64,000 nt of DNA from Spirochaetia bacterium (GTDB lineage: Bacteria > Spirochaetota > Spirochaetia > SP-2023). The position numbers were made by a program, and so were the translations under genes. Location: NCBI GenBank assembly GCA_965263295.1, contig OZ253665.1:2112001-2176000 (forward strand). The letters are read 5' to 3'. Below the pieces are notes generated by a model that saw nothing but the letters and a program-made list of their open reading frames with translations, was not told the DNA's origin and searched no databases. This document shows positions 41,527-52,756 of the stretch, one piece after another. Position 1 is the stretch's first letter. Each line of letters opens with the position of its first letter.

Positions 41527-41808
41527 ATGGCTAGATCAATTAAAAAGGGCCCATTTATTGAGGGCAAGCTTTTCAAGCGTGTGATGGCGGCCCAGGCTGA
41601 CTTTGGCGGTAAGCGTCCCATCAAGACGTACTCGCGCGCTTCCACGATTATACCGGAAATGGTTGGCGCAACGATTCAAGTTTATAACGGTAAAGCCTTT
41701 ATCCCTGTGTTGGTAACTGAGAATTTGGTTGGTCATAAGCTGGGGGAATTCGCTCCGACACGTTCGTTCCGTGGCCATGCGGGTTCAGATAAAAAAGGTC
41801 GAAAATAG
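41527..41808 (+). CDS. rpsS: 30S ribosomal protein S19
   Basis: [21 protein letters not shown]. Confidence 0.98.
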   Translation: MARSIKKGPFIEGKLFKRVMAAQADFGGKRPIKTYSRASTIIPEMVGATIQVYNGKAFIPVLVTENLVGHKLGEFAPTRSFRGHAGSDKKGRK

Positions 41809-41827
41809 AGTTGGGGGAGCAGGATAG

Positions 41828-42175
41828 ATGACATCAACTACGGGCTACAAAGCCATTGCAAAGCACTTGCCTATTTCGCCTTCAAAGGTTCGTCCCGTTG
41901 CCAATCTGATTCGCCATCAGTCGTACACAGAGGCCGCCGCTTTGTTGGGTACCTTGCCGCATAAAGGTGCTGTCTTTTTGTTGCAAACGCTGCGTTCGGC
42001 TGCGTCTAATGCGATGGACTTGAACAAGAATATCGACGAAGAAAGCCTGTTTGTCAAAGAATTGCTTGTAAATGAAGGTTCTCGTCAAAAGCGTATCTGG
42101 GCTCGCGGCCGTGGCCGAGCAGACCGGCAGCTGAAGCGCTACGCACATATTGCCGTGGTTTTAGATGCGAAATAG
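41828..42175 (+). CDS. rplV: 50S ribosomal protein L22
   Basis: ISPSKVR, SAASNA, ARGRGRA. Confidence 0.97.
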   Translation: MTSTTGYKAIAKHLPISPSKVRPVANLIRHQSYTEAAALLGTLPHKGAVFLLQTLRSAASNAMDLNKNIDEESLFVKELLVNEGSRQKRIWARGRGRADRQLKRYAHIAVVLDAK

Positions 42176-42196
42176 GCAAAAGGAAGAAGGATTATA

Positions 42197-42889
42197 ATGG
42201 GTCAGAAAGTACATCCATACGGCTTCCGCTTGGGAGTAAACAACGACTGGAAATCGCGCTGGTATCTCAGCGGTAAAGACTACGCCCGCGTGTTGCATGA
42301 GGACCTGCGCTTGCGCAGGTCCCTGCTAGGCAAGCAGGAAGCGCAGCAGGCCGATATCAGTGACGTTGAAATTATTCGCAAACCGAAGCGCATTACTCTG
42401 CTGATTCATACGGCTCGCCCTGGTTATATCATTGGTTCCAAAGGTGCCAACATTGAGCGCCTACAAAGGGAACTGCAGAAGCTGACTCGCGATAATCTCA
42501 ACATTAAGATTAAAGAAGTCAAGCGACCCGAATCCAGCGCCCAGATTGTGGCTCTGAATATTGCTCGTCAACTGCGCGGTCGTACGGCCTTTCGTCGGGC
42601 GCTTAAAATGGCCGTCGCAGGCGTTATGAAGCAAGGTAATGTACAGGGTGTTAAAATTAAAATTTCTGGTCGTTTGGGCGGGGCCGAGATGGCTCGTGTT
42701 CTCGAACTAAAAGAAGGCCGTGTGCCTTTGCACACTTTGCGGGCCAATATTGACTACGGTTTTGCTGAAGCCAAAACGACTTACGGTGTAATTGGTGTCA
42801 AAGTCTGGGTGTGTTTGGGTGAGATTTATAAAAGTAATGCCAAGCAGGATGCGGGCAATCTGGTCCGCCGCCCCAGTGAGACCGAGTAG
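42197..42889 (+). CDS. rpsC: 30S ribosomal protein S3
   Basis: MGQKVHPYGFRLG, GRVPLHTLRANIDY. Confidence 0.98.
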   Translation: MGQKVHPYGFRLGVNNDWKSRWYLSGKDYARVLHEDLRLRRSLLGKQEAQQADISDVEIIRKPKRITLLIHTARPGYIIGSKGANIERLQRELQKLTRDNLNIKIKEVKRPESSAQIVALNIARQLRGRTAFRRALKMAVAGVMKQGNVQGVKIKISGRLGGAEMARVLELKEGRVPLHTLRANIDYGFAEAKTTYGVIGVKVWVCLGEIYKSNAKQDAGNLVRRPSETE

Positions 42890-42928
42890 TTTCGGGTTGG
42901 AACCAGCCTAGAATAGAGGAGTGTAGAC

Positions 42929-43357
42929 ATGGCATTATTAAGTCCGAAACGGCTTGCTTACCGAAAGAGGCAGAGGCGTTCTTTTTGTGGCCTGCGTGTA
43001 AATGCAAGCCGTGGTAACCATATTGCTTTTGGCGAATTTGGTTTGGTGTCTGAAGATCAGAAGTACCTGACGGCGCGCCAGATTGAGGCGGCTCGTATCG
43101 CCATGACTCGGCACTTGAAGCGTGGTGGTAAAGTCTGGATTCGTGTCTTCCCCGATGTGCCATATACGAAGAAGCCAGCCGAAGTCCGCATGGGTAGTGG
43201 CAAGGGTAACCCTGAAATGTGGATTGCTCCAGTGCAACGGGGTACGGTGCTGTTTGAGGTCGCCGGTGTCCAGCCAGATCTCGCGCGTCGCGCGATGGAA
43301 TTGGCCGCCAGCAAATTGCCCGTTCGCGCACGTTTCGTGCAGAAGGTGCATTCCTGA
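42929..43357 (+). CDS. rplP: 50S ribosomal protein L16
   Basis: [22 protein letters not shown]. Confidence 0.98.
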   Translation: MALLSPKRLAYRKRQRRSFCGLRVNASRGNHIAFGEFGLVSEDQKYLTARQIEAARIAMTRHLKRGGKVWIRVFPDVPYTKKPAEVRMGSGKGNPEMWIAPVQRGTVLFEVAGVQPDLARRAMELAASKLPVRARFVQKVHS

Positions 43358-43382
43358 GTATTGAGTGAAAGGGAAGAGTAGT

Positions 43383-43571
43383 ATGAAGGAAAAGTTTGAT
43401 GACCTTTCTTTGGCAGAAATGATTGCCAAACGTAAAGAGTTGCTTGAGCGCCAGCGCAAGTTGCGCTTTGACAAAGTTATCGGTCACGTGGAGAGTCCGA
43501 TGGAAATTCGTAATATCCGCCGCAGTATTGCACGATTGAATACCAAGATTCACCAGCATGAAGCGGCGTAG
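43383..43571 (+). CDS. rpmC: 50S ribosomal protein L29
   Basis: [16 protein letters not shown]; operon position. Confidence 0.93.
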   Translation: MKEKFDDLSLAEMIAKRKELLERQRKLRFDKVIGHVESPMEIRNIRRSIARLNTKIHQHEAA

Positions 43572-43597
43572 CCGGGTTTTTATAGGGAATTATTGAG

Positions 43598-43849
43598 ATG
43601 GAAGCAAATAAGAAGGCATTTGTCGGCACCGTTGTGAGCGATAAAATGGAAAAGAGTATTGTCGTGCGGGTTTCGACTCGCCGGTTACACCCAATTTATA
43701 AGAAGTATGTAGCTTGGTCTAAAAAATATAAGGCTCACGATGAAGCCAATGATGCTCATGTGGGGGATCGTGTGCGCATTGTTGAGTGTCGCCCCGTCAG
43801 TAAGGAAAAGTGCTGGAACTTGGTCGAGATTATCGAGCGAGCCCGTTGA
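43598..43849 (+). CDS. rpsQ: 30S ribosomal protein S17
   Basis: [24 protein letters not shown]. Confidence 0.98.
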   Translation: MEANKKAFVGTVVSDKMEKSIVVRVSTRRLHPIYKKYVAWSKKYKAHDEANDAHVGDRVRIVECRPVSKEKCWNLVEIIERAR

Positions 43850-43901
43850 CCCGCTTGGTTGAATTATAAACCAGTGGATATTGTAGAAAAAGGATAGAGT
43901 T

Positions 43902-44270
43902 ATGATTCAGATGAGTTCTCGCCTTAACGTGGCCGACAACTCTGGGGCCAAGCGGGTGGAGTGCATTAAGGTGCTAGGTGGTTCCAAGCGCCGCTGGGCC
44001 AGTATTGGCGACGTCATTGTCGTAGCCGTTAAAGAGGCTTTGCCTCAGGCAGGCGTTAAAAAGGGTGATGTGCGGAGAGCGGTCATTGTTCGCGTCCACA
44101 AAGAATATCGCCGTGCGGATGGCACTTATATTCGTTTTGATGACAATGCCTGCGTGATTTTAGACAACAATTTAAACCCGGTAGGTAAGCGTATTTTCGG
44201 TCCGGTTGCTCGCGAGCTTCGTGACGCCAGCTTTATGAAAGTAATTTCGCTTGCACCAGAAGTGCTTTAA
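43902..44270 (+). CDS. rplN: 50S ribosomal protein L14
   Basis: [25 protein letters not shown]. Confidence 0.99.
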   Translation: MIQMSSRLNVADNSGAKRVECIKVLGGSKRRWASIGDVIVVAVKEALPQAGVKKGDVRRAVIVRVHKEYRRADGTYIRFDDNACVILDNNLNPVGKRIFGPVARELRDASFMKVISLAPEVL

Positions 44271-44295
44271 GGCTTTAACAGGGTAGGTAGCAGGG

Positions 44296-44640
44296 ATGAG
44301 AATGAATACCAACAATGCCGTCAATCACAAAATGAAGCTGGCAAAGGGAGATCTGGTCCGCATAATTGCGGGTAAGGATCGCGGCGCAAAAAGTGAAGGT
44401 CGCATTATCAAGATAGACAGGGAAAGACGCCGTGTGATGGTTGAGGGGTTTAATATTGTCAAAAAGACAAAAAAGCCTCAGCGCGAGGGTGAACAGGGCG
44501 AGATTGTCGAAGTAGAGGCCTTCATGGAAGTTTCAAACGTGATGATAGTTTGTCCGAATTGTGGCCCGACTCGTGTGGGCTACAAAGGAAAAGGCCGTAA
44601 AAAGGAGCGCATTTGCCGCAAGTGTGGCAGGGTACTTTAA
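44296..44640 (+). CDS. rplX: 50S ribosomal protein L24
   Basis: KGDLVRIIAGKDRG KOW motif; two CxxC motifs near the C-terminus. Confidence 0.96.
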   Translation: MRMNTNNAVNHKMKLAKGDLVRIIAGKDRGAKSEGRIIKIDRERRRVMVEGFNIVKKTKKPQREGEQGEIVEVEAFMEVSNVMIVCPNCGPTRVGYKGKGRKKERICRKCGRVL

Positions 44641-44652
44641 GGAGCATAAGCG

Positions 44653-45204
44653 ATGGCTGACGTGAGAATGAAAAAGATTTACAAAGGAAAAGTGCTCCCT
44701 GAATTGCACAGGCAGTTTGCTTATAGATCGTTAATGCAGGCACCTGCTCTGGAAAAAATTGTCGTGAGCATTGGCATTGGGGAGGCCGTTCAGAACAAAA
44801 AGTTGCTGGACAATTCCCTATCAGAGCTGGCTTTGATTACGGGACAGATGGGCGTAAAAACCTTGGCTAAAAAATCTGTGGCGGCGTTTAAAGTCCGGGC
44901 CGGCATGGCAACGGGTGTTAAAGTGACATTGCGTGGAGACAGAATGTATGATTTTTATGATCGTCTGGTAAACGTTGCGATGCCCCGGATTAAGGACTTT
45001 CGCGGCATTTCTCCAAAAGGTTTTGACCGCAATGGCAACTTTTCTCTGGGTATTGATGAACAGATTATTTTTCCAGAGATCGACTACGACAAGATTGAAG
45101 CAATTCGTGGTATGAATATCAACATTGTAACTACCGCCAAGTCAGACGAAGAAGGCTACGCTCTGTTAGAGAAAATGGGCATGCCTTTCCGTAAAGGAGC
45201 ATAA
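44653..45204 (+). CDS. rplE: 50S ribosomal protein L5
   Basis: [19 protein letters not shown]. Confidence 0.98.
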   Translation: MADVRMKKIYKGKVLPELHRQFAYRSLMQAPALEKIVVSIGIGEAVQNKKLLDNSLSELALITGQMGVKTLAKKSVAAFKVRAGMATGVKVTLRGDRMYDFYDRLVNVAMPRIKDFRGISPKGFDRNGNFSLGIDEQIIFPEIDYDKIEAIRGMNINIVTTAKSDEEGYALLEKMGMPFRKGA

Positions 45205-45206
45205 CG

Positions 45207-45392
45207 ATGGCTAAAAAATCTATGATTATAAAGGCTCAGCGTGCGCCCAAGTTCTCTACGCGCCAAGTGAACCGCTGTGGTTGCTGTGGTCGTTCTCGCG
45301 GTTATATGCGTAAATTTGGCCTTTGTCGTATTTGTTTCCGCAGGCTGGCTAGTAAAGGTATGCTTCCTGGTGTTACAAAATCCAGTTGGTAG
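45207..45392 (+). CDS. rpsN: 30S ribosomal protein S14 (Zn-binding type Z)
   Basis: 61 aa; RCGCCGR and LCRICFR motifs. Confidence 0.97.
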   Translation: MAKKSMIIKAQRAPKFSTRQVNRCGCCGRSRGYMRKFGLCRICFRRLASKGMLPGVTKSSW

Positions 45393-45420
45393 TTGTTAAG
45401 TTGAAGGAGAGTCAGAGATA

Positions 45421-45819
45421 ATGAGTGTTTCAGATCCAGTAGCAGACATGCTGACCAAAATTCGCAACGCCAGCCGGGCTGGCTTGGAGAAGGTTGACGT
45501 TCAGAATTCTAAGGTAAAAATGGAAATTGTACGCATCTTAAAGAGCGAAGGGTACATTAAAAACTACAAAAAAATTAATGAAAACAGTAAGTTTACGATC
45601 CGCATCTTTTTGAAATATGACGAAAACGAAAAGTCTGTTATCCAAGGGATTGAGCGTGTTTCCCGGCCGGGTCGCCGCATGTATTTTGGTTACCGCAATA
45701 TGCCGCGTGTTCTCAACGGCTACGGTACTTTGATTTTGTCTACTTCAATGGGAATCATTACGGGCAAGAAAGCCACTATGAGCAGAGTTGGCGGCGAGCC
45801 ACTCTGCAAAATATGGTAG
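45421..45819 (+). CDS. rpsH: 30S ribosomal protein S8
   Basis: [24 protein letters not shown]. Confidence 0.98.
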   Translation: MSVSDPVADMLTKIRNASRAGLEKVDVQNSKVKMEIVRILKSEGYIKNYKKINENSKFTIRIFLKYDENEKSVIQGIERVSRPGRRMYFGYRNMPRVLNGYGTLILSTSMGIITGKKATMSRVGGEPLCKIW

Positions 45820-45848
45820 GTAAATTTAGAGGTAGGTGGTAACAGCAA

Positions 45849-46391
45849 ATGTCGAGAGTGGGTAATCAGCCTGTCGCGCTGCCAGCCGGTGTCAGCGTCA
45901 CAGTGGATGACAACGTATTGGTTGTCAAGGGGGTAAAGGGAGAGCTTCGTCAGGAGTTTCGCCCGGAAGTTTCCTTTGAGGTTGACAGGGAAGAAGTTCG
46001 AGTAAAGCGCGCCAGCGAGGGTAAAGTGGCAAAATCGCTGCATGGCTTGTACGCGCGCCTACTGGCAAACATGGTCACTGGCGTTTCCAGGGGATTTCAA
46101 AAGGTTCTGGAAATTAATGGCGTAGGTTATCGTGCTGAACAGTTGACAGATGGCAACTTGTTATTCTCGCTTGGGTATTCGACGCAGATTGAGTATGTAG
46201 CGCCTGAGGGGGTGCTGTTGGCCGTCGAAGGGAATACCAGGGTTGTGGTTTCTGGCATTGATAAGGCTGCAGTCGGTAAGGTTGCCAGTGAAATCCGTGG
46301 CTTGAGGCCGCCGGAACCTTATAAAGGCAAGGGTGTTAAGTATGCGGATGAAACGATTCGCAGAAAAGCTGGTAAGTCTGGTAAAAAATAG
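45849..46391 (+). CDS. rplF: 50S ribosomal protein L6
   Basis: MSRVG, GVGYRA, PPEPYKGKG. Confidence 0.98.
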   Translation: MSRVGNQPVALPAGVSVTVDDNVLVVKGVKGELRQEFRPEVSFEVDREEVRVKRASEGKVAKSLHGLYARLLANMVTGVSRGFQKVLEINGVGYRAEQLTDGNLLFSLGYSTQIEYVAPEGVLLAVEGNTRVVVSGIDKAAVGKVASEIRGLRPPEPYKGKGVKYADETIRRKAGKSGKK

Positions 46392-46404
46392 ATAGGAAGT
46401 AGAA

Positions 46405-46755
46405 ATGAGCCATTTATCGGATAAAATCCGTCAACGCAATCGGCGCAAGGGTAGGGCCCGCAAAAAAATTTATGGGACGGCGGTGCGTCCTCGCCTGACT
46501 GTGTTTAAAAGTTATAAATACTTGTACCTTCAGGCTGTAAACGATGCAGAAGGTCGCACTCTCGCCGCAGCATCAACTTTAAAGTTAGATGTACGTCCCA
46601 ACGTTGAAGGCGGTGTGGCCCTGGGCAAGCTAATGGCTGATGAACTGAAAAAAGTGCAGATTTCTGCCGTGGTCTTCGACCGCAACGGCTATAAGTTTCA
46701 CGGTGTTGTCAAGGCAATTGTCGACAATGTGCGTGAAGGTGGGATTGAGGTATAG
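46405..46755 (+). CDS. rplR: 50S ribosomal protein L18
   Basis: RPRLTVFKS, VFDRNGYKFHG. Confidence 0.97.
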   Translation: MSHLSDKIRQRNRRKGRARKKIYGTAVRPRLTVFKSYKYLYLQAVNDAEGRTLAAASTLKLDVRPNVEGGVALGKLMADELKKVQISAVVFDRNGYKFHGVVKAIVDNVREGGIEV

Positions 46756-46766
46756 GAGGAAATTAT

Positions 46767-47273
46767 ATGTCAGACTTTCAAGACAATGAAAAAAGTGGCT
46801 TGATTGAGACTTTGATAGAGGTAAAACGCATTGCTAAAGCAGTCAAGGGTGGCCGCAAGATGTCTTTCTCCGCTTTGATGGTTGTGGGTGATGGCAGTGG
46901 TCGTGTCGGTTACGGCCTGGGCAAGGCCAACGATGTATCGGAAGCCATTCGCAAAAGTACCGAGCGCGCTAAGCGGAATATGATTAAGGTGCCTTTGTCG
47001 AGCAAGCACAGTACGCCTTATGAAGTTAAAGGTAATTACAAAAAAAGTGTTATCTTGATTAAACCTGCGGCACCCGGCACCGGCGTCATCGCCGGCGGTT
47101 CAGTTCGGGCTGTCCTTGAAGCTGCGGGAATCAAAGACGTTTTGGCAAAATCTTTGGGGTCGAATAATTCCCTCAATATGATTTTGGCCGCTCTGGAAGG
47201 TCTCGGTCGCCTGGTTCCCGCCTCTGCCCGTGCGAGTGCTCGCGGCAAGGAATTGCGGGAAATTTGGGGCTAG
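46767..47273 (+). CDS. rpsE: 30S ribosomal protein S5
   Basis: VKGGRKMSFSAL, PAAPGTGVIAGG. Confidence 0.98.
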   Translation: MSDFQDNEKSGLIETLIEVKRIAKAVKGGRKMSFSALMVVGDGSGRVGYGLGKANDVSEAIRKSTERAKRNMIKVPLSSKHSTPYEVKGNYKKSVILIKPAAPGTGVIAGGSVRAVLEAAGIKDVLAKSLGSNNSLNMILAALEGLGRLVPASARASARGKELREIWG

Positions 47274-47291
47274 GCAGTAAAGGCAAGGATT

Positions 47292-47471
47292 ATGGCACAG
47301 ATTCAAATTAGTCTGCGGCGCAGCACCATTGGTCAGCGTCCGGTTGTACGTAAGACCGTGAAAGCGTTAAACTTAGGCAAAATCAATTCGACGGTTAGTT
47401 TTGAGGCAACGGCTGACATTGAAGGCATGATTCGTGTTGTCCGTCACTTGGTGGATGTCAAAGAGTTGTAA
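47292..47471 (+). CDS. rpmD: 50S ribosomal protein L30 (not in the ORF track)
   Basis: Manual translation: MAQIQISLRRSTIGQRPVVRKTVKALNLGKINSTVSFEATADIEGMIRVVRHLVDVKEL. Confidence 0.95.
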   Translation: MAQIQISLRRSTIGQRPVVRKTVKALNLGKINSTVSFEATADIEGMIRVVRHLVDVKEL

Positions 47472-47558
47472 TTGCAAAGTTTTCGCCTCTGTTTGGGGTG
47501 TGTGACGCCCTGCTTTAAGCAAGTTGCATTGGCAACTTGATGTTTTGGAGAAAAAAAT

Positions 47559-48029
47559 ATGTCTGTTTATGAATTGAAACCCGCTACTGGTTCAAAAACA
47601 AAGCGCAGAATTGTTGGTCGCGGTACGGGTTCTGGTCTGGGCAAGACTTCCGGTAAAGGCCACAAGGGGCAAAAAGCTCGTTCTGGTGGCGGTGTTCGCA
47701 TGGGTTTTGAAGGTGGTCAGTTGCCTTTGTACCGCCGCCTTGCCGTCCGCGGCTTTTCCAATCATCCTTTTAAGCGGGATTGGGTCGTCGTTAATTTGGA
47801 TCGTATTGAGGCCTTTTTTGGGGATTCTGAGGCGGTAAACCTGGAAACACTGCGGGTCAAGGGTCTGATTAAAAAAAGTGAGACGGATGTCAAGATTCTA
47901 AATCGCGGTGAGTTCAGTCGTAAAAGTCTGCTTGTGGAAATTCCCCAAATCTCTGCTGCCGCTAAGGTTCGCATTGAAGAGTTGGGCGGTAAAGTTACCG
48001 TATTGGCTTCTGCCTCGGCGGATGCCTAG
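47559..48029 (+). CDS. rplO: 50S ribosomal protein L15
   Basis: GRGTGSGLGKTSGKGHKGQKARSG, GFEGGQLPL. Confidence 0.98.
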   Translation: MSVYELKPATGSKTKRRIVGRGTGSGLGKTSGKGHKGQKARSGGGVRMGFEGGQLPLYRRLAVRGFSNHPFKRDWVVVNLDRIEAFFGDSEAVNLETLRVKGLIKKSETDVKILNRGEFSRKSLLVEIPQISAAAKVRIEELGGKVTVLASASADA

Positions 48030-48063
48030 GCCCGTAAAATTAAAATCAAGGAAGTAGCTAGAT

Positions 48064-49383
48064 ATGGCGAGCTCTATAGGCGATATTTTTCGGATTGCCG
48101 ATCTGCGTAAGAAGATCATATTTACGATTGTAGTTTTGATCTGTTACCGCATCGGGACTTTTATACCAATACCTGGGATTAATATTATCGCCTTGCAAAA
48201 TCAATTGGCTACTTCTGGCGGCGGTGGTTTCTCCCTCTCGGATTATTTTGATTTCTTCTCCGGTGGGGCATTCAATAATTATTCAATTTTTATGTTAGGT
48301 ATAATGCCTTATATCTCGATGTCTATCATCATGCAGTTGCTAATGATTGCCGTGCCGGCATTGAAGCGTTTGGCGGAGCAAGACGGCGGCCGGAATTTAG
48401 TCAAGCGTTATACGCGTTATGGTACACTGGCCCTAGCCGTACTGCAGGCCGCCTTTTTACCCCAACTCAAAGGGGACACTTCAGGGTTGATTTATCCTAC
48501 ATTGACTCCCGTGGCTTTTCTGTTAATTTCGATTGTTACCGTCACGACTGGCACCCTTATTATTATGTGGCTCGGTGAGCAGATTACCGCCCAGGGCATT
48601 GGCAATGGCGCTTCTTTGATTATCTTTACTGGTATTGTTGTCCGCCTGCCTGAAGCTGTAGGTATTTTGCAGCAGCAGATGCCCGACCAGATAAACCCTA
48701 TTTTTGGTCTCTTGGCTATGGGCATTTTTATATTGATGGTTGTGCTGATCATTTATGAGCAGCAGGCGCAGCGCCGTATACCCGTGCGTTACGCCAACCG
48801 TGTGGTCGGGCAGCGCATGTATCAGGGGCAAAGTACTTATATCCCATTAAAGTTGAACCCTTCGGGTGTAATCCCTGTAATTTTTGGTCAGGCTGTCTTA
48901 CAATTCTTGGCATTTGTGCTGGGCACTCTGGCCCAAAAGGTGAATTGGCTGCAAGGTGCCGCGATTGCCATGGCGCCGGGCAGCTTTGCGAATACTTTAA
49001 TTTATGTATTGTTGATTGTGTTTTTTGCCTATTTTTATACTCAAGTGACCATGAACCCAATAGAAATTGCTCGCCAGATTCGTGAAAACAACGGTTCCAT
49101 TCCGGGAGTCCGCACTGAGCATCTGGAGTCTTACCTGAGCCGTGTCTTGAACCGCGTAGTACTGCCGGGTGCCATTTTCTTGGCCTTTGTGGCGGTTGTG
49201 CCAACAGTAATGTTGGCATTCTTTCACTTCCCGTTGCAGGTAGCCTATCTCATGGGTGGCACGTCGCTATTGATAATGGTCGGTGTCAACTTGGATACGA
49301 TGAGTCAAATTGAAGGACATCTCAAGATGCATAATCACGAAGGACTTTTGAAAAAAGGTCGCATACGATCTAGAAATTTATAG
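48064..49383 (+). CDS. secY: Preprotein translocase subunit SecY
   Basis: LGIMPYISMSIIMQLL, GIGNGASLII, GVIPVIF, GGTSLLIMVGV. Confidence 0.98.
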   Translation: MASSIGDIFRIADLRKKIIFTIVVLICYRIGTFIPIPGINIIALQNQLATSGGGGFSLSDYFDFFSGGAFNNYSIFMLGIMPYISMSIIMQLLMIAVPALKRLAEQDGGRNLVKRYTRYGTLALAVLQAAFLPQLKGDTSGLIYPTLTPVAFLLISIVTVTTGTLIIMWLGEQITAQGIGNGASLIIFTGIVVRLPEAVGILQQQMPDQINPIFGLLAMGIFILMVVLIIYEQQAQRRIPVRYANRVVGQRMYQGQSTYIPLKLNPSGVIPVIFGQAVLQFLAFVLGTLAQKVNWLQGAAIAMAPGSFANTLIYVLLIVFFAYFYTQVTMNPIEIARQIRENNGSIPGVRTEHLESYLSRVLNRVVLPGAIFLAFVAVVPTVMLAFFHFPLQVAYLMGGTSLLIMVGVNLDTMSQIEGHLKMHNHEGLLKKGRIRSRNL

Positions 49384-49497
49384 AAAAATTTGAAAGCTAT
49401 AGAGTCCTTGTTTTGTTATCGAAGGAATTCCCGCTATCCTTTCGGGGTTGCGGTCCTCCTAGGATTACAAGGTCTTTGATGAGCATAGGAGTAACCC

Positions 49498-49617
49498 ATG
49501 AAGGTTCGTGCGAGTGTGAAGCCGATCTGTGAACATTGTAAGGTAATTCGTCGTTTTGGCGTTTTGCGAGTAATCTGCCACTCAAACCCAAAGCATAAGC
49601 AAAGGCAGAAAGGTTAA
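49498..49617 (+). CDS. rpmJ: 50S ribosomal protein L36 (not in the ORF track)
   Basis: Manual translation: [47 protein letters not shown]. Confidence 0.97.
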   Translation: MKVRASVKPICEHCKVIRRFGVLRVICHSNPKHKQRQKG

Positions 49618-49629
49618 TAGGAGTATATA

Positions 49630-49995
49630 ATGGCGCGTATATCCGGTGTCGATTTGCCAAACAAACACGCAGAAATCGCCTTGACTGCAATTTATGGAAT
49701 TGGGCGCTCCACAGCTCGCGAGATATGTGAGAGGCTGCAATTGAAGCCTGAAACAAAGATCAATGATCTGAGTGGAGAGGAAGTCAACGATTTGCGCAAG
49801 TTGATTGACCATGAGTATAAGGTTGAAGGTACTCGGCGCTCAGAAGTTGCTTTGAATATTAAGCGTTTGCGCGACATCGGTTGTTACCGGGGGCTCCGCC
49901 ATCGCTTAGGCTTGCCTGCGCGTGGACAACGTACAAAGACCAATGCCCGTACCCGCAAGGGCAAGGCTAAGACAGTTGCCAACAAAAAGAAGTAG
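49630..49995 (+). CDS. rpsM: 30S ribosomal protein S13
   Basis: [31 protein letters not shown]. Confidence 0.98.
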   Translation: MARISGVDLPNKHAEIALTAIYGIGRSTAREICERLQLKPETKINDLSGEEVNDLRKLIDHEYKVEGTRRSEVALNIKRLRDIGCYRGLRHRLGLPARGQRTKTNARTRKGKAKTVANKKK

Positions 49996-50023
49996 GCTAG
50001 TTGAAAATTAGGAGGAAATTGCC

Positions 50024-50401
50024 TTGGCTAAAGCAAAGAAGAAAGAAAAGCGCAGCATCCACGAGGGTAAAGTATATATTCAGGCTACGTTTAACAACAT
50101 TATAATTACAATCACAGACTTGCATGGCAACGCTATTTCGGATGCCAGTGCCGGAATGCTAGGTTTCAAGGGTGGCAAAAAGTCCACTCCATTCGCGGCT
50201 CAGCTGACGGCAGAAACGGCTGGTAACAAGGCAAAAGAAGTCGGCCTTGCCGATGTCCATGTCTTTGTCAAAGGGCCAGGTATTGGTCGTGAAGCGGCAA
50301 TTCGCTCCTTGGGTAATGTTGGCTTTAACGTTCAGAGCATTCGCGATATCACGCCCATTCCTCACAACGGTTGTCGCCCCCGCAAGAGTCGTCGAGTCTA
50401 A
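50024..50401 (+). CDS. rpsK: 30S ribosomal protein S11
   Basis: [23 protein letters not shown] start after AGGAGG. Confidence 0.98.
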   Translation: MAKAKKKEKRSIHEGKVYIQATFNNIIITITDLHGNAISDASAGMLGFKGGKKSTPFAAQLTAETAGNKAKEVGLADVHVFVKGPGIGREAAIRSLGNVGFNVQSIRDITPIPHNGCRPRKSRRV

Positions 50402-50444
50402 TTTAGACTGGGAAGGCCAAACAAAGAAGATAACGGAGGAAAAT

Positions 50445-51500
50445 ATGGCGAGAGCAAACTTACTGCGTGGTTTGAAGCGCCCTAAAGAGGTGTATTTTGA
50501 GGCTGAAGAAGAGCGTGGGAATTACGGTCGTTTCATTGCCTATCCATTTGAGCATGGCTATGGCTCGACAATTGGCAATAGCTTGCGCAGAATTCTGCTT
50601 TCTTCCATTCAAGGTTACGCCGTCTCTGCCATTCGCGTGACGCATCACGACGCAGAGGGAGTGGTAAAAATTATTTCCAGCGAATTCGATGTGATTCCAG
50701 GTATGGTCGAAGATACCCTAACTTTTATCTCAAACTTGAAGAAGTTGAACATCTCTCTACTCGCCGATGATCCCGAAGAATCGCGCACTATACTGGTCAA
50801 AGTCCAGGGAGCAGGTGAATTGACTGGGGCTGGCTTTGAGGTTGAATCGGGAGTGCGTGTTCACAATAAAGAGCACCATCTGGCTACGTTTATGCCCGAT
50901 ACGAGTCTGGAGATTGAGGCCCAGATTTCTTTTGGGCGCGGTTACCGAAGCGCCGAAGAAAATCAGCGTTTTGTCGAGGTGATCGGCACAATTACTTTGG
51001 ACTGTAATTTTAGTCCGATTGACTGGGTCCGGTTTCGGGTTGAGCCGACACGAGTCGGACAGCGTTCTGACTATGACAAGCTGATCTTGGAAGTTGAAAC
51101 CAACGGGACCCTGAACCCGGCAGATGCCGTTGCCGAGGCGGCCAAATTGGCAAAAGAGCAGTACACAGCTTTTATTAATTTTAATGAGAGTTTAATCGTT
51201 GCCGAAGAGGAAGTCAGTGAAGATGAATTGAAGCTCAGGAAGCTGCTGGAGAAAACCGTGGATGAGCTTGAGCTTTCGGTTCGTTCCAGTAACTGTCTGC
51301 GCAGCGCCCAAATCCATACCGTCGGCGAACTGATTGCCTGGACTGAAGACGACATTGCAAAAACCCGCAATTTTGGCAAGAAGTCTCTGCAGGAGATCCG
51401 CGACAAGTTGGCCTCTTGGGGCTTGGGTTTTGGTATGGCTGATTTTAACACGATTTTGAAATCAATCAAAGTGGACGAGATCCATAAGGAAAATAGTTAG
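50445..51500 (+). CDS. rpoA: RNA polymerase alpha subunit
   Basis: [45 protein letters not shown]. Confidence 0.98.
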   Translation: MARANLLRGLKRPKEVYFEAEEERGNYGRFIAYPFEHGYGSTIGNSLRRILLSSIQGYAVSAIRVTHHDAEGVVKIISSEFDVIPGMVEDTLTFISNLKKLNISLLADDPEESRTILVKVQGAGELTGAGFEVESGVRVHNKEHHLATFMPDTSLEIEAQISFGRGYRSAEENQRFVEVIGTITLDCNFSPIDWVRFRVEPTRVGQRSDYDKLILEVETNGTLNPADAVAEAAKLAKEQYTAFINFNESLIVAEEEVSEDELKLRKLLEKTVDELELSVRSSNCLRSAQIHTVGELIAWTEDDIAKTRNFGKKSLQEIRDKLASWGLGFGMADFNTILKSIKVDEIHKENS

Positions 51501-51502
51501 GT

Positions 51503-52072
51503 ATGAATAAGCGTAATGGTATTAATCGCCTTGGGGTGAAGGCTTCTCATCGCAAGGCGATTCACCGCAATATGGCCATTTCAGTATTTCGTCATGGTCG
51601 TGTAAAAACTACTCTGCCCAAGGCGCGGGCTGTCCGCCGCACGGTAGAAAAGTTGATCACTCGCGCCAAAACTGATTCGGTGCACAATCGCCGTGAAGTG
51701 GCGAAGCTGATTCATGACAAGGACATTGTCAATAAGTTGTTCACACAGATCGCCACGGAGTTTAAAACGCGTGCCGGTGGTTATACACGTGTTATCAAGA
51801 CGGGTCTGCGTCGTCACGACGCTGCCGAGATGGCATTGCTTGAGCTTGTTGGCCACGGCCTGGAAGAACCGCAGCCTCGCAAGAAAAGTCGGCGTAGATC
51901 AGAAGGGAATATTCACGTCCCGCCCGCAGCCACGAACGTTGAAGGCACCGAGACCCAAAGTCTTGAAGTTGTTGGAGGGTCTGAAGGCCCTGAAGGTATT
52001 CAAGGTGGGTCTCCTGTCATTGAGCCTGAAAAAGACGAAAAAGACGAGAAAGACGAGAAAGACAACGGGTAG
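51503..52072 (+). CDS. rplQ: 50S ribosomal protein L17 with an acidic C-terminal extension
   Basis: [22 protein letters not shown]; the tail ends in KDE repeats. Confidence 0.96.
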   Translation: MNKRNGINRLGVKASHRKAIHRNMAISVFRHGRVKTTLPKARAVRRTVEKLITRAKTDSVHNRREVAKLIHDKDIVNKLFTQIATEFKTRAGGYTRVIKTGLRRHDAAEMALLELVGHGLEEPQPRKKSRRRSEGNIHVPPAATNVEGTETQSLEVVGGSEGPEGIQGGSPVIEPEKDEKDEKDEKDNG

Positions 52073-52097
52073 CCCCGAGATTTATTGCGAGACTGAG

Positions 52098-52128
52098 GCC
52101 CCTGTTTCAATATGCAGGGGTTTTTTTT
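52098..52128 (+). terminator. Intrinsic terminator of the ribosomal protein cluster
   Basis: CCCCTG...CAGGGG stem followed by T8. Confidence 0.8.
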
Positions 52129-52330
52129 GAATTGCTTGCTACCTTGCTGTAGATAAGTCTGGATTATTTGAGGATGTATAGTTTTGTATTCGCGCTGCCC
52201 AAGGTCTAAGTCCGACTGTTGATGCTTGCAAGGCGGGTGTTGAGTCTGATATGTCAGTTTTGCGGGGCCATGCGCCTGAGTGCGTTTGTACAGAAAAATA
52301 TGTACTGCCTGTTTGCAGACAGTACATATT

Positions 52331-52403
52331 TCGGGGTGGGCGGACTTGAACCGCCGATCTCCTGCACCCGAAGCAGGCGCCTTAGCCGCTAGGCCACACC
52401 CCG
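52331..52403 (-). tRNA. tRNA-Pro (CGG), CCA not encoded
   Basis: Acceptor CGGGGTG/CACCCCG plus discriminator A; anticodon arm CCTGC-TTCGGGT-GCAGG; T arm GGCGG-TTCAAGT-CCGCC. Confidence 0.96.
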
Positions 52404-52756
52404 TGCCATATGACACACTACTATACTGGGATTGAGAGAATGGAGAAACCTGCCGCAGGCATATTTTGTGTTTTGCCTCTAGCCGCTGGAGCCCTAGTCT
52501 GCTGAATACGGAGTTATTTTTTACGTTTAAGTAGATTTTAGCTGGGATGATTTTTGCCCGCCCGATCCAGAAGTCTGGCACAAGACTGGCCGAACTTCTG
52601 TGGGTCGCGCGCACAAAGAATGAGGATCATGAAATATAACTTGCAAAAAAATTTTAATATTAGTAAATTGAGCCTTCATTTTTTATTCATGTGCTGCGGC
52701 GGACGGGAGTCCTTTTGGGAATGCGGGACATTGAGATTATTATATTCGGAGGAAGG

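Noticed and set aside
49384..50444. No adk/map/infA after secY and no rpsD before rpoA
   Set aside because: Matches the known Borrelia-type secY-rpmJ-rpsM-rpsK-rpoA-rplQ order; not novel
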